A DNA stretch of 64,000 bases from Syntrophales bacterium (GCA_963668175.1 OY764159.1:2016001-2080000), one strand, 5' to 3'. Counted from the first letter of the stretch, positions 44,466-55,147 are shown. Numbers and translations: made by a program. Notes: generated from the sequence alone by a model not told the origin.

Positions 44466-45364
44466 GCCGATGTCTTATTCTTATCGGATTTCTTTTTCCT
44501 GAAATAAACCAGGATGCCGGCAAGAGCCCCGCCGGCTCCGAGGATATATTTCGCAAGAATGGAAAACAACCCTATCTTCTTTGCCGCCGCGCCTGCGACG
44601 ACTGCCATAAGGCCGTACTCCGCCAGTTTGTCCGTGTCCTTGTTGAAGTCGGCGTATCTCTTTCCTTCCTTAAAAGTCGTCGACAACGCAATAGCGTTGA
44701 TTCCCGCTCGCAGGACGTCCAAGTCTCCCATCGGGGAATACGTTTCTATGCCGAGGCAGCCTTCCCTTCCGAGGATAACGGCATTGAAGGAGTGGTTCTT
44801 TTGCGGATTTCCTTTGATGCCGCGCGTATAGGCGAATGTGAACCGATGACTTGGTTCGTCATAGGCCGGCTTTTCGATCCAGCCGGTTTCCATGTCGGGC
44901 AGCCCCTTTTTCCGATTTTCCTCATTCGATTTATCGAAGCTTTGCTGGAGGAGCTCCTGGATCTTGTCGGCGGGATACTGTTTTAACTTATCGTCATTGA
45001 CATGCCCGGTTTTATCGAAACTGAGAGCCATACACCAGGACGCGTTCTGGTCCGTCATGGGAAATACGAGACCTGCAAAACTAGCGTCAAAATCCGCTTC
45101 CGAACGTCCAGCCGAGATGAGGAGTTTTTTGGCGGGCAGGGCAGGCATGTATCCGTAACCTTCGGGGAGATTTATCTCTGCCTGATCGAAAATGGGTATG
45201 ATCGCCGGGCCTTTTACAAGAGAGGCTTCGGCTTCTTTTGCCGCGGCGGTTGCCGCATCCGAGGATGTCCGGCTGCCGTCGGCCTCAGCAAAGGCGGATG
45301 CCGACATCAGGATGACCAGCAAAAGGGCGATCCAGATTATTGGTCTCGTGCTTGCAGGGTTCAT
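44462..45364 (-). CDS. DUF2167-family membrane-anchored protein
   Basis: Signal peptide, GP..I...QA.INLPEG, LGREG, FKEGKRYADF..DKLAEYGL..AAKKIGLF; stop overlaps M50 start. Confidence 0.82.
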   Translation of the reverse strand: MNPASTRPIIWIALLLVILMSASAFAEADGSRTSSDAATAAAKEAEASLVKGPAIIPIFDQAEINLPEGYGYMPALPAKKLLISAGRSEADFDASFAGLVFPMTDQNASWCMALSFDKTGHVNDDKLKQYPADKIQELLQQSFDKSNEENRKKGLPDMETGWIEKPAYDEPSHRFTFAYTRGIKGNPQKNHSFNAVILGREGCLGIETYSPMGDLDVLRAGINAIALSTTFKEGKRYADFNKDTDKLAEYGLMAVVAGAAAKKIGLFSILAKYILGAGGALAGILVYFRKKKSDKNKTSA

Positions 45365-45905
45365 GTTCTTCTCATCTCCTTTCCGTGGTTTCATTGGTCG
45401 ATGCGGCATGTCTTTCCTTGGTTCGACGCCGTCGTTCATCTTCCGCTTTGCAGTTCGGGCATAGGAAACGTATCGCTGTCTGCGATATCCCGCTTGGTTG
45501 GAATATAATAGTCTTTTACTAATAAACAGATGTGATTTCAATCACAAATAATATCAATAATATCCACACGGTATGGTTTTGGACCGGACCGAATAGATGA
45601 TGGGCGAAACGGACGGCTATTGAAGAGTACGGCTTGAAAGGCGGCATGCCGGTGACGAGACCGTTCTTGAGGATTACGGGAAGCAATCGTGCGCCATTTT
45701 AAAACAAGACCGGCGCGACCGGGACGAATTATTCCTTGTGCCTCTCGGTGCGGACCGGAGGGTCTTTTTTGATCTTGGCGGGCTCTGTCTCGGCCTCCCG
45801 CCTGTTGACGTTTTGTTCGGTCATGCGGATTCCTGTTGGATGGCATGATTTATACTGCACATGTTACCTGAGCGACGGCATCAAGAATAACGTACCCCCC
45901 CCTTT

Positions 45906-46595
45906 CTATCGTTTCTCCATCCTGCGGTAAAAATTTGAGTCAAAGTCTATCTCTTTCGCACAGTTTTTATTCAAGCCGGCTAGAAAGTCCACGCTGAAGC
46001 CCATACCCATGGAATAATAGTTATAATATTTTCTATAGCTGTCCTTATATGTTACGATCCTGTCCTCTTTTCCGAAAATGTCCCTTAACAATTCCGGCGT
46101 GATACAAAATTTGTCGTAATCGAGAGAGAGATGGCGTATGCCTGTCTGAGATCTTTCTCCAGACACCCATCGATAGTTCGGATTCCGATTTTCTTTCTTA
46201 ACGTAGAGCACCCCATTGATTTCTTCGTATCTTTGTTCGATCGCCAAGCCCCGCGCCACATCCTCTACAAACGTCTGGAATGTGAATTTTTCACTTGCCC
46301 GTTCTCTCACTTTTTTATACTTTTTCAGAAACTCCTCGGGAGACTTTTCCGGTGTCATGCTTTTGCTTCTTAGCACTTTCACGTCTTCGCCCTTGGCCCT
46401 TAATTGTCGGACATGTTCCTGCCACTTTTCACTCGTTGTTTGTTCAGTCTTTCCTTCTCCCACTCCCAAAATCATAAACATCGCGACCATCAGCAGCGCC
46501 AGTAACATTCTCCCGGCTTTCGCTGCCGAAAACGGCGCGGACGATCCGGCCGCGTTCGCCTGAGAAAAAGGTTTTGTGCAATGGGATTTCGACAT
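45906..46595 (-). CDS. AT-rich exported hypothetical protein
   Basis: 229-aa ORF with hydrophobic N-terminal segment and RBS GGGGG; AT-rich body. Confidence 0.6.
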   Translation of the reverse strand: MSKSHCTKPFSQANAAGSSAPFSAAKAGRMLLALLMVAMFMILGVGEGKTEQTTSEKWQEHVRQLRAKGEDVKVLRSKSMTPEKSPEEFLKKYKKVRERASEKFTFQTFVEDVARGLAIEQRYEEINGVLYVKKENRNPNYRWVSGERSQTGIRHLSLDYDKFCITPELLRDIFGKEDRIVTYKDSYRKYYNYYSMGMGFSVDFLAGLNKNCAKEIDFDSNFYRRMEKR

Positions 46596-46700
46596 CTTCG
46601 TTCCCCCCTTTCCGAACGACGTCTTGAAGAAAACTTCTGTGATGGTTGAACCGGCAGCGTCTGCCGGGACCGCCGCAATTAAAGGATGCTCAAGTATTCG

Positions 46701-48611
46701 TCACTTCCGGTCGCCGCGGAGGTCGAGGACGAGCTTGCGGAGGCCTTCGGCCGTGACGTCTTCGGCTGCTACGGGCGGTCCCGCGACGATCTCCACCTTC
46801 GACCAGAACCGCCTGGGCGCGTGGGTCATAGCATAGCCGCCCTTGTGGCTGAAGTAGCTCCCCCACAGTCCCTTGAGGGCCATGGGGATGACGGGGACGG
46901 GCGTCCGCTCGATAATCATTTCGATCCCCGGCCGGAAGACGTCCATCTCGCCGTCCTTCGTGATGGAGCCCTCGGGGAAGATGCCGACGATCTCCCCCTC
47001 GGCCAGGGCCGCCGCCACGTCGTCGAAGGCCTTCTTGAACGCCTCGGGGTTTTTCTTCTTCGAGTCGATGGGGATGGCCTTGCCGGTCCGGAAGATGAAG
47101 TTGAGGACGGGCAGGCGGTAGATCGGCTCGTACATGACGAAGCGTATCGGGCGGCGGCAGGAGCCGGCGATCAGCAGGCCGTCCACGTAGCTCACATGGT
47201 TGCAGACGATCACCGCCGGGCCCTCGTCGGGGATGTGGTGGAAGTTGCGGTGGGTCACCCGGTACATCGTGTGCGTGAGGATCCAGATGAGGAAGCGCAT
47301 CGCGAACTCGGGGATGGTCGTGTAGATGAAGGCGGCCACGCAGATGTTCATGACGACGAGGACGACGAAGAACTGCGGGATCGTGACGCCGGCGACGCCC
47401 AGGAGCAAGGCCCCGGCGATGCTCGCCACGACCATGAAGAGGGCGTTCATGATGTTGTTGGCGGCGATGACGCGCGCCCGGTGTTCCACGGCCGTGCGCT
47501 TCTGCACGAGGGTGTAGAGCGGGACGATGTAGATGCCGCCGAAGACTCCGACGAGGACGAAGTCCGCAAGGACCCGCCAGCTTCCCGGCACGGCGAGGAA
47601 CTGCGAAAGCGTGAGCAGCCCGGAGACGGCGGGCGTGGTGTAGGCGAAGACGAGGTCGAAGCCGAAGATGCTGAGGCCGATGGAGCCGAGCGGCACGAGG
47701 CCGAGCTCGAGCTTGCGGTCCGAGAGCCGTTCGCACAGGAGCGACCCGATGCCGACGCCGACGGAGAACATCGTAAGGAGGACCGTCACGACGCCCTCGC
47801 CGCCGCGGAGAACGTCCTTCGCGTAGTCGGGAAGCTGCGTGAGGTACGAGGCCCCGAGGAACCAGAACCACGAGATGCCCATGATGGAGAGGAAGACCGA
47901 TTCGGGCTCCCGGGCGAATTTGATATTATGCCACGTCTCGGCGAAGGGGTTCCAGCCGATCTTCAGACCGGCGGCCACGGGCGGCGCCTTCGGGATGAAG
48001 AGGCTCGCGAGATACCCGCCGACGGCGACGAGGCAGACGCACACGGAAAGCCACAGGGCGGAGCCGGACGTCTGGGTGAGGAGGGCGCCGACGATCGTCC
48101 CGATGAGGATGGCGACGAAGGTGCCCATCTCCACCATGGCGTTGCCGCCTACCAGCTCGTCTTCCGCCAGGTGCTGGGGGATGATGCTGTATTTGACCGG
48201 GCCGAAGAGGGTCGCCTGGAGGCCGAGGAAGAAGAGGAGGACCATGAGGAAGACCGTGTTGTGGAGGAAGAACCCCGCGGCGGCGACCGCCATGATCGCG
48301 ACTTCCAGGAGCTTGATGTAGCGGATGAGCCTTGCCTTGTCGTACTTGTCGGCGATCTGCCCGGCCAGGGCCGAGAAGAGAAAGAAGGGCAGGATGAAGA
48401 GCCCCGCGGCGACGTTCACCCACGTGTGGGAATGGCCGCTGATCTCTTTGCCCGCGTGAAACGCGATGATGAGGATCAGGGCGTTCTTGAAGACGTTGTC
48501 GTTGAAAGCCCCCAGGAACTGGGTGCAGAAGAACGGAGCGAAACGGCGGGACAGGAGGAGCGAAAACTGGCTCTTCTCCCGGCCCGCCGCCGTATCGTTG
48601 ATGTTGGACAC
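46701..48611 (-). CDS. MFS (LplT-like) transporter fused to PlsC acyltransferase
   Basis: TQFLGAFNDNVFKN, FGPVKYSI; C-terminal NHVSYVD and FPEG. Confidence 0.92.
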   Translation of the reverse strand: MSNINDTAAGREKSQFSLLLSRRFAPFFCTQFLGAFNDNVFKNALILIIAFHAGKEISGHSHTWVNVAAGLFILPFFLFSALAGQIADKYDKARLIRYIKLLEVAIMAVAAAGFFLHNTVFLMVLLFFLGLQATLFGPVKYSIIPQHLAEDELVGGNAMVEMGTFVAILIGTIVGALLTQTSGSALWLSVCVCLVAVGGYLASLFIPKAPPVAAGLKIGWNPFAETWHNIKFAREPESVFLSIMGISWFWFLGASYLTQLPDYAKDVLRGGEGVVTVLLTMFSVGVGIGSLLCERLSDRKLELGLVPLGSIGLSIFGFDLVFAYTTPAVSGLLTLSQFLAVPGSWRVLADFVLVGVFGGIYIVPLYTLVQKRTAVEHRARVIAANNIMNALFMVVASIAGALLLGVAGVTIPQFFVVLVVMNICVAAFIYTTIPEFAMRFLIWILTHTMYRVTHRNFHHIPDEGPAVIVCNHVSYVDGLLIAGSCRRPIRFVMYEPIYRLPVLNFIFRTGKAIPIDSKKKNPEAFKKAFDDVAAALAEGEIVGIFPEGSITKDGEMDVFRPGIEMIIERTPVPVIPMALKGLWGSYFSHKGGYAMTHAPRRFWSKVEIVAGPPVAAEDVTAEGLRKLVLDLRGDRK

Positions 48612-48638
48612 CTCTTGTCCCCCCCTTGTGTCCCGCTG

Positions 48639-48874
48639 TTAACCGGCTGTTGAAAAACGCCCATCTGTCGCGTTGTTTATCACCTTCAGGTGACGCCGCA
48701 AGCCTCGTCATTCGACATACTTTTATGTATGCCTCATTCCTCGCTGCGCCCCCCGCATGGGGGGGCTTTTGCGCGTCCCCTAAAGGGGATCAACCTTACA
48801 TCTGGACATTTTTGAACACCCCCTATGCAGGGGGCATGGCCTGCCCGAAATCGAGTTTTTCAACAAGCGTTTAA
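48639..48874. repeat. MITE/REP-like element, copy 2
   Basis: Terminal inverted repeats TTAACCGGCTGTTGAAAAA / TTTTTCAACAAGCGTTTAA; multiple internal hairpins; homologous to 35648-35846. Confidence 0.82.
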
Positions 48875-51800
48875 CCGGCGGCGGCCGTGCCGGGCATGTC
48901 GCCGTCCTCTTCTCCGCCCTTCATCTTCTCGTCCAGGCGCTCGGCCTGGAGGAGGAAGGCCTCCAGCTTGGCCGTGATGATCGGCGGGAAGAGGTTGCCG
49001 TCGCTTTCGATGGCGAGGAAGGGCAGGTCCTGGATGCCCTGTTCCGCGAGGCGGCGGTGGATCTCCTTCGCGCCGATGCTCATTTTCCCTTCCATGTTCA
49101 TTTCTTTCGTCAGGATCGCCTCGGCCAGGCGGTTCGGCATGCAGCCGAAGGGGCCGATGGCGATCGCGCCGCAGTAGTGGTCCACGACCTCGTTCAGGAC
49201 GGCCCCCACCGTGAGGATGGCCTCGCCGGTAAGCTCGGGGTTGACCAGGTGGGTCGAGTGCCTCATGATGTGGTCCACGTCCTCCATCTTGTCCGAGCAG
49301 AGGCCGGACGGCAGGAGGGCCTTGCGGAACGACCGCTCGTACTTCCTCATGACCGCGCCGCGGAAGGCCAGCGCCAGCCGGTCCGCGACGGAGGTCCGGA
49401 GGGCCGCCACCCTGTTCTGGACGCACCAGTCCGTATAGTAGATCCATTCCATGACCGACGAGACCTTGGCCGCGAATCCCCGTTCGGCAAGCTCTTCGAG
49501 CAGGTATTGCCGCGATATGCCGTCGTGGCGGACGAAGATCTCCCCGGCGAGAAGCACGACCGGCGTCTCCGCAAGGGTGCGCCTGACGGGGATGGCCGCC
49601 AGCACTTCCGCCGCTTCGGAGAGGGCGCGGGAGACGTTCTTGAGATTCGGCGATGTTTCCATCGCGGAGATGGCCTTCCGCCACTGCGTTTCGAAGATCT
49701 CCACCGCCTTCGCGCGGTCCACGGCGTTTGTGAGGAGCGTCGAGTAGATCTCCTCGAAGATCGAGGCCATGGTGACCGCGCCCCAGATGCCCATGGCAAG
49801 CCGCTGGCCGCCGAAGCCGCTGTAGCTGTTTTCCGCCGTGAACGAAAGCATGGCGACATGCTCGAGCTTCCGGTGGCGGATCAGGTCGGCAAGGAAGGTC
49901 GTGTACTGGCCGTAGCGGCAAGGCCCCGAGGCCGTGGGCATGAAGTAGATCAGCCTCTCCTCCGGCTTCTGCCGGTGCTTCGTATAGTCGAGGAGGCTCC
50001 CCGCGGTGATGATGAGGGGGAGGCATTCCTTGCAGGAGGAGCAGCCCCGGCCCGCCTTCAGGACCTCGTCGTCCGCCGGGGGCAGGGCGGAGGCCCGGTA
50101 GCCCAGGCCGCGGAAGGCCGCGGCGCCCGCCTCGGCGATGAACCGCCCCATGGACGGGATGATGATGTGGACGTTCGGGTCCGAGAGGTTGTAGCCCTTG
50201 CCGTGTGAATCGACATAGACCGCCCGGTCCTTGCTCGCATGGATGCGGGCCGGGAGGAACGTGTCCTCCTGGTCGGGAATCTTGTCGAGGCCGAGCTTGC
50301 GGTAGCGCTTCACGATGTCGATGAAGGCCTCGATCCTCGTTTCCAGACCGGCGTCGGCCACGTGGCTGTCGAGCTCCAGCGTCAGGGAGGGCTTCGTACC
50401 CATGACGTCGCGGAAGTAGCCGACGAGGAACGAATCGGGCCCGCAGGAGAAGTTCGTGACGTAGCAGCCGAAGAGTTGCGGGTGGTTCTTGACGAAGTCG
50501 CTCACCTGGAGGATGCGCTGCCCGGCGGACCAGTACATGTGGTCCTTGACGATCCTGCCCGACAGGGGCAGGGCGTTCAGCGGGACGACGCGGATGCCCC
50601 GGGAGGCGATCTTGTTGGGGATGCCCATGTGGGCCTCCGACACGAGGGCGTTGTACGAGCGGCCGAAGATGACGACGGCGAAGGCGTCCGGATCGGCCTC
50701 CAGTTCCGCGAGGACTTCCGCGCCGACCGCCTTGATCTCGTCCGCTGCTTTCTTCTGCGCGTCGAGGGCCTTGCGGAAGGCGGCGACGGCGGTGCTCCGC
50801 CCGATCCCCAGGCGGGCGGCCGTGGCGACGAAGGCGTCACGGGACTCGGGCAGGCCCTTGGAGAAGTCGAGGACGGGATCGAGGATCCGGCCTTCGGCCT
50901 TCAGGCGCCGGTATGTCGGGTGCTCCTTGAAAGCGGGGGCGAGATAGAAAGGTTCGCCCTGGGAGAGCGGGCAGGTGACGCCCTGGTGTTTTCCCGTGTC
51001 GACGAAGTCCCCCTTCAACTGCGGGAGGAAAAGGTAATCGGGCTTTTGATTGAGGAGGTCGAGGAAGTAGCCGTGGGCGATCTCCGCCGGGTAGCAGAAC
51101 GGCGCGCTCTTTTTGTCGATGCCCTCCTGGTCGATGCGTCCGGCCAGGACGACCTTGACGCCCAGGGCCTCGAAGAAGGTCCGGTAGAGGGGGTAATACG
51201 TATTGACCATGAACGACTTGTTGATGCCCACGACGGGCGCGCCCGCGGGTTTCGCTTCCGCTTCCTGCGCCGGCGGAAAGACGATGCGCTCGAAGCTTGC
51301 CACGCGGTTGAGCTTCCCCACGTCGAACTTCGCGTTCGACCGCATGTTGTACCAGCGGTTGCAGGCGCCGCCGAAGGGGTAGACCTTGCCGTCGATCCTG
51401 ATCCGGGCGATCTCGCAGCGGCGGTCGCAGTTCTCCTTGCCGCCGTTGCAGACGAAGGACGGCCCGTATTCCAGCTCGCGGTCGCGGAGCACCTCCAGCG
51501 AGTAGTTCTCCTCCTTGATGAAGCCGAGGTTCAGCCGGTCGATGATCTCCAGGGCGACGCCGAAAGCGCCCGTGAGCCCCGGATCGGGCGGGACGATGAT
51601 CGGCTTGCCGATGAGCGTCGCCATGGCGAGGGGGATGGCCTTGTTGTAGCAGACCCCGCCCTGCATGAAGACCTTCTGCCCCACCTTGCGGCTTCCCTTG
51701 ACGCGGTTCGCGTAGTTCATGCAGATGGAGTAGACGAGGCCCGCCACGATGTCCTCCATGGAGAGGCCCTCGTGGAAGGCGTTCTTGATGTCGCTCGATA

Positions 51801-53253
51801 TGAAGGCGGCGCACTGGTCGTTGAAGTTGGGCGGGTTCGTTCCCCTGACGGCGATTCCGGCGATCTCCTCCGTGGCGATGTTCAGGGCCTCCCGGGCCGC
51901 CTCCTCCAGGAAGGAGCCCGTGCCCGCGCTGCACGCCTCGTTCATGGCGTAGTCGGAGGGCACGCCGTTCGTGAGGTGCGTGTACTTGGCGTCCTGGCCG
52001 CCGATTTCGAAGATCGTGTCCACGTCGCCGTCGAAGTAGACGGCCCCGGCGGCGTGGGCGATGATCTCGTTGATGACGCCGTCCGTCATGGCGTGGAGGC
52101 CGGCGATCTGGCGACCCGAGCCCGTGACGCCGAGGCCGGCGATGGCGATCCTGCCGTTTAAATTCCCGATCTGGGCGGCGAGGCTCCGGTAGCAGGCCCG
52201 CGACGCCCCGACGGGATCGCCGTTCGTCCGGAGATAGTCGGAGGCGAGGATGAGCTGGTCGGACATCCTGACGAGCACGGCCTTCGTCGTCGTCGAGCCC
52301 ACATCGAGCCCGAGGACGCACCTGTCGCCCTCCTTGATCGTCCCCCGCGGGGCGGATTTGAAGGTGACCATGTCCTCCGCGTTTTTGAGGGGCGGCAGGT
52401 GGGGGAAGGCGTGTTTGCGCGGCTTGAAGAGATCGGAGGCCGCAGGCACCGGCAGGGTGTCGTTCGCAAGCGCCCAGAGCGCGCAGCCGAAGGCCTCGAA
52501 ATAGGGGGCCTCCTCGGGGATGACGATGCCGGGGACGTCCTTCTTCAGGTGGTCGATCATGACCTGGTTTAAGGCGCAGCCGCCGATGACCATGACGTGG
52601 CTGCGGGAGACCTTCTTGATCAGTTCCAGGATCTTCCCCGCCATCATCTGGCAGAGGCCCGACGTGACCCGCTCCTTGGGGATGCCCTTGTTCGTGGCGT
52701 GGGTGCAGTCGCTCTTGCAGAAGACGCTGCAGCGCCCCGAAACCTTGTACGGTTCCGCCGTGCGCGCTATCCGCACGGCCTCTTCGAGGCCCACGTCCAT
52801 CCTCCTGATCTGCTGGAGGAAGAATTCGCCGGTCCCGGAGGCGCATTTATTGCCGGCATGGACGGACGAGATGCGGCCGTCGGAACCTAATAGATAAAGG
52901 ATAAAGGCCTCGCTGCCGGCGCTGACGATGGCCTCGACGCCGTTGCCGCCGCCGCTCAGATGGAGGAAGGCCTGTTCGATGGCCTTCGGTTCCGGGATGG
53001 ACGACAGGTTGACGGAATGCCTGAATTTACGGCCCGTAACGGCGACCTTGAGGCCGGGGGCTCCCGGCAGGGATTTCATGACTTCTTCAAAGATGTGCTG
53101 GGGATTGCCTGCGTGGGCCTTCACGAACTGGTTCGTGACGGCGATGTGTCCGTTGGCGCTGCGCTCGACGGTAACGGTCTTGATGGTGGCTGTGCCGACG
53201 CAAATGCCCACGGCCTGTTGTATGGTGGTGTCGCAAGCGGTGCTGTGCTTCAT
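48871..53253 (-). CDS. Large CoA-substrate-specific enzyme activase fusion (two BadF/HgdC ATPase modules + DUF2229-type dehydratase-like domains)
   Basis: NKCASGTGEF, RCSVFCKSD, LDVGSTTTK, EIGGQDAK, MNEACSAGTGSF, FSCGPDS, GPCRYGQY, PFGCMP; RBS GAGGAG before ATG 53253. Confidence 0.9.
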   Translation of the reverse strand: MKHSTACDTTIQQAVGICVGTATIKTVTVERSANGHIAVTNQFVKAHAGNPQHIFEEVMKSLPGAPGLKVAVTGRKFRHSVNLSSIPEPKAIEQAFLHLSGGGNGVEAIVSAGSEAFILYLLGSDGRISSVHAGNKCASGTGEFFLQQIRRMDVGLEEAVRIARTAEPYKVSGRCSVFCKSDCTHATNKGIPKERVTSGLCQMMAGKILELIKKVSRSHVMVIGGCALNQVMIDHLKKDVPGIVIPEEAPYFEAFGCALWALANDTLPVPAASDLFKPRKHAFPHLPPLKNAEDMVTFKSAPRGTIKEGDRCVLGLDVGSTTTKAVLVRMSDQLILASDYLRTNGDPVGASRACYRSLAAQIGNLNGRIAIAGLGVTGSGRQIAGLHAMTDGVINEIIAHAAGAVYFDGDVDTIFEIGGQDAKYTHLTNGVPSDYAMNEACSAGTGSFLEEAAREALNIATEEIAGIAVRGTNPPNFNDQCAAFISSDIKNAFHEGLSMEDIVAGLVYSICMNYANRVKGSRKVGQKVFMQGGVCYNKAIPLAMATLIGKPIIVPPDPGLTGAFGVALEIIDRLNLGFIKEENYSLEVLRDRELEYGPSFVCNGGKENCDRRCEIARIRIDGKVYPFGGACNRWYNMRSNAKFDVGKLNRVASFERIVFPPAQEAEAKPAGAPVVGINKSFMVNTYYPLYRTFFEALGVKVVLAGRIDQEGIDKKSAPFCYPAEIAHGYFLDLLNQKPDYLFLPQLKGDFVDTGKHQGVTCPLSQGEPFYLAPAFKEHPTYRRLKAEGRILDPVLDFSKGLPESRDAFVATAARLGIGRSTAVAAFRKALDAQKKAADEIKAVGAEVLAELEADPDAFAVVIFGRSYNALVSEAHMGIPNKIASRGIRVVPLNALPLSGRIVKDHMYWSAGQRILQVSDFVKNHPQLFGCYVTNFSCGPDSFLVGYFRDVMGTKPSLTLELDSHVADAGLETRIEAFIDIVKRYRKLGLDKIPDQEDTFLPARIHASKDRAVYVDSHGKGYNLSDPNVHIIIPSMGRFIAEAGAAAFRGLGYRASALPPADDEVLKAGRGCSSCKECLPLIITAGSLLDYTKHRQKPEERLIYFMPTASGPCRYGQYTTFLADLIRHRKLEHVAMLSFTAENSYSGFGGQRLAMGIWGAVTMASIFEEIYSTLLTNAVDRAKAVEIFETQWRKAISAMETSPNLKNVSRALSEAAEVLAAIPVRRTLAETPVVLLAGEIFVRHDGISRQYLLEELAERGFAAKVSSVMEWIYYTDWCVQNRVAALRTSVADRLALAFRGAVMRKYERSFRKALLPSGLCSDKMEDVDHIMRHSTHLVNPELTGEAILTVGAVLNEVVDHYCGAIAIGPFGCMPNRLAEAILTKEMNMEGKMSIGAKEIHRRLAEQGIQDLPFLAIESDGNLFPPIITAKLEAFLLQAERLDEKMKGGEEDGDMPGTAAAG

Positions 53254-53393
53254 GATCGAACTCCTCTTTTCAACATAACAGAAAAAGATATATAGCAGTA
53301 TAAAGACAATATCAATCAAAATCGTAATACACCTGATGACCGAATGGCCCCGCAGATGCCCGGGGCGTTTATGTATGCCTTGCCATCAATGAA

Positions 53394-53408
53394 TCAATAG
53401 TCGTGCCA
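53394..53408 (-). promoter_or_regulatory. Sigma54 -24/-12 promoter for the CoA activase gene (imperfect -12)
   Basis: TGGCACGACTATTGA on the minus strand vs consensus TGGCAC-N5-TTGC. Confidence 0.55.
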
Positions 53409-53514
53409 CCTCCTTTGTTGTGTGCAATTAATGAATATCGTTAATGAATATTTCTGTCAACGGGCCGTCTCGGGTTGTTGCCGCCATTTTGCTTGACATT
53501 ATTTGAACATCAAA

Positions 53515-53531
53515 TGTACAATAAATGTACA
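53515..53531. promoter_or_regulatory. Candidate enhancer (UAS) of the divergent sigma54 activator
   Basis: TGTACA-ataaa-TGTACA (TGT-N11-ACA), ~110 nt upstream of the -24 element, overlapping the activator's own TTGACA..TACAAT promoter. Confidence 0.5.
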
Positions 53532-53549
53532 AAGAGGCTCGTCAAACGC

Positions 53550-55025
53550 ATGGGACAAGAAAAACTATCCAATGAAGACCGGCCGTTTTTTGCCCAGATC
53601 GCCAGGGCCGCCTTCAGCAACCCTTTCAGCGAGGAGCGCGACGCCGTCGATGCCGCCATAGCCGCGGCCTACGGCGCCGGAAGCTACGACAACGTCCTGG
53701 ACCCCGTCATCGACGCGCTGGCTGCGCGCCTCGAAAAACTGGCCGGAAGGCGAAGGGCCGATGTCCGCCTCTACGAGGGGGAGGATCGTTATCTCTTCAA
53801 AATGGCTGCGCTCTTTCATCTTTTTCACCGTTTTGCGGACCGGTTCGATGCCCTCATCATGAAACAGAATGCCATCGGAGACGTCTCATGTCCAGTCCCT
53901 TTTGCGGAAGAAGTTCTGACGCTTCTCGCCCGCTTCGGATTTTCCGCGCCCGACGCCGCCAGGTATTTGGCCGGAATGTACCAGATGCGGAGGGCCTTCT
54001 ACTTCATCCGCGAGGGCCTCGTCGGCCGGTGCCCGTCCATGCGCCGCCTGCGCCAGAGGCTCTGGAACACGGTCTTCACCCACGACACGCGCCTCTACGA
54101 CGAATTCCTCTGGATGCGGATGGAGGATTTTTCCACGCTGCTCCTGGGCGAGACGGGGACGGGGAAGGGCGCCGCGGCCTCCGCGGTCGGCCGCTCCGGG
54201 TTCATCCCCTACGATCCGGGGGCGGGCATGTTTAAGGAGAGCTTCACCCGGACGTTCACCGCCATCAACCTCTCCCAGTTTCCCGAAAGCCTGATCGAGT
54301 CGGAGCTCTTCGGCCACCGCAAGGGCGCATTCACCGGGGCCATCGACTCCTACGACGGCGTCTTTTCCCGGTGCAGCCCCTTTGGGTCCATCTTCCTCGA
54401 CGAGATCGGCGACGTCTCCATCCCCGTCCAGACGAAGCTCCTCCAGATTCTCCAGGAGCGGACGTACAGCCCCGTCGGCAGCCACGAGAAGAGGCGCTTC
54501 GAGGGACGGGTCGTCGCGGCGACCAACCGTTCCATCCAGGCATTGCGCAAGGAGGGGCTCTTCCGGGACGACTTCTATTACCGCGTCAGCTCCGACGTCA
54601 TCGTCGCGCCGCCGCTGCGGGAACGGCTGGCGGAGGACCCGGGGGAACTGGATATTCTGGTCGCCCACGTCGTCCGCCGGATGGCCGCCGCCGATGCGCC
54701 GGCGATCGTCCGCTTCGTGAAGGAGAAGATCGCCCGGTGCCTGCCTGCCGACTACCACTGGCCCGGCAACGTCCGGGAGCTTGAACAGTGCATCCGCCGC
54801 GTGCTTCTGACCGGTTCGTACGAAGGCGAAACCGCCCTGGAGGAAGCGGACGCCGAGGCAACCCTCGCCCGGAACATCGCGAAGCACGCCTACGACGCCG
54901 ACGGGCTTCTCGCCGACTACTGCGCCCTCCTCTACCGCCGCCTGGGGACATATGAGGAGGTCGCCCGCCGGGTGAGTCTGGACCGCCGGACCGTCAAGAA
55001 ATACCTGGAGAACCGCCGCCGGTGA
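53550..55025 (+). CDS. Sigma54-dependent transcriptional activator with uncharacterised N-terminal domain
   Basis: GETGTGKG, ESELFGHRKGAFTGA, FLDEIGD, WPGNVREL, C-terminal HTH. Confidence 0.92.
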   Translation: MGQEKLSNEDRPFFAQIARAAFSNPFSEERDAVDAAIAAAYGAGSYDNVLDPVIDALAARLEKLAGRRRADVRLYEGEDRYLFKMAALFHLFHRFADRFDALIMKQNAIGDVSCPVPFAEEVLTLLARFGFSAPDAARYLAGMYQMRRAFYFIREGLVGRCPSMRRLRQRLWNTVFTHDTRLYDEFLWMRMEDFSTLLLGETGTGKGAAASAVGRSGFIPYDPGAGMFKESFTRTFTAINLSQFPESLIESELFGHRKGAFTGAIDSYDGVFSRCSPFGSIFLDEIGDVSIPVQTKLLQILQERTYSPVGSHEKRRFEGRVVAATNRSIQALRKEGLFRDDFYYRVSSDVIVAPPLRERLAEDPGELDILVAHVVRRMAAADAPAIVRFVKEKIARCLPADYHWPGNVRELEQCIRRVLLTGSYEGETALEEADAEATLARNIAKHAYDADGLLADYCALLYRRLGTYEEVARRVSLDRRTVKKYLENRRR

Positions 55026-55118
55026 ACGGGGCCGCGCCGGTCCGCCGACCGTCATGCGCCGCGGCCGCCGGCGTGACCGTCCGCAATGAAACAGGGCCTC
55101 TTCCGGCTTTCGGCGCAT

Positions 55119-55147
55119 AAAAAAAGGGCCCTCTGCAAAGGCCCTTT
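55119..55147 (-). terminator. Intrinsic terminator between convergent genes
   Basis: AAAGGGCC-loop-GGCCCTTT stem with a T-run on the minus strand. Confidence 0.7.
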
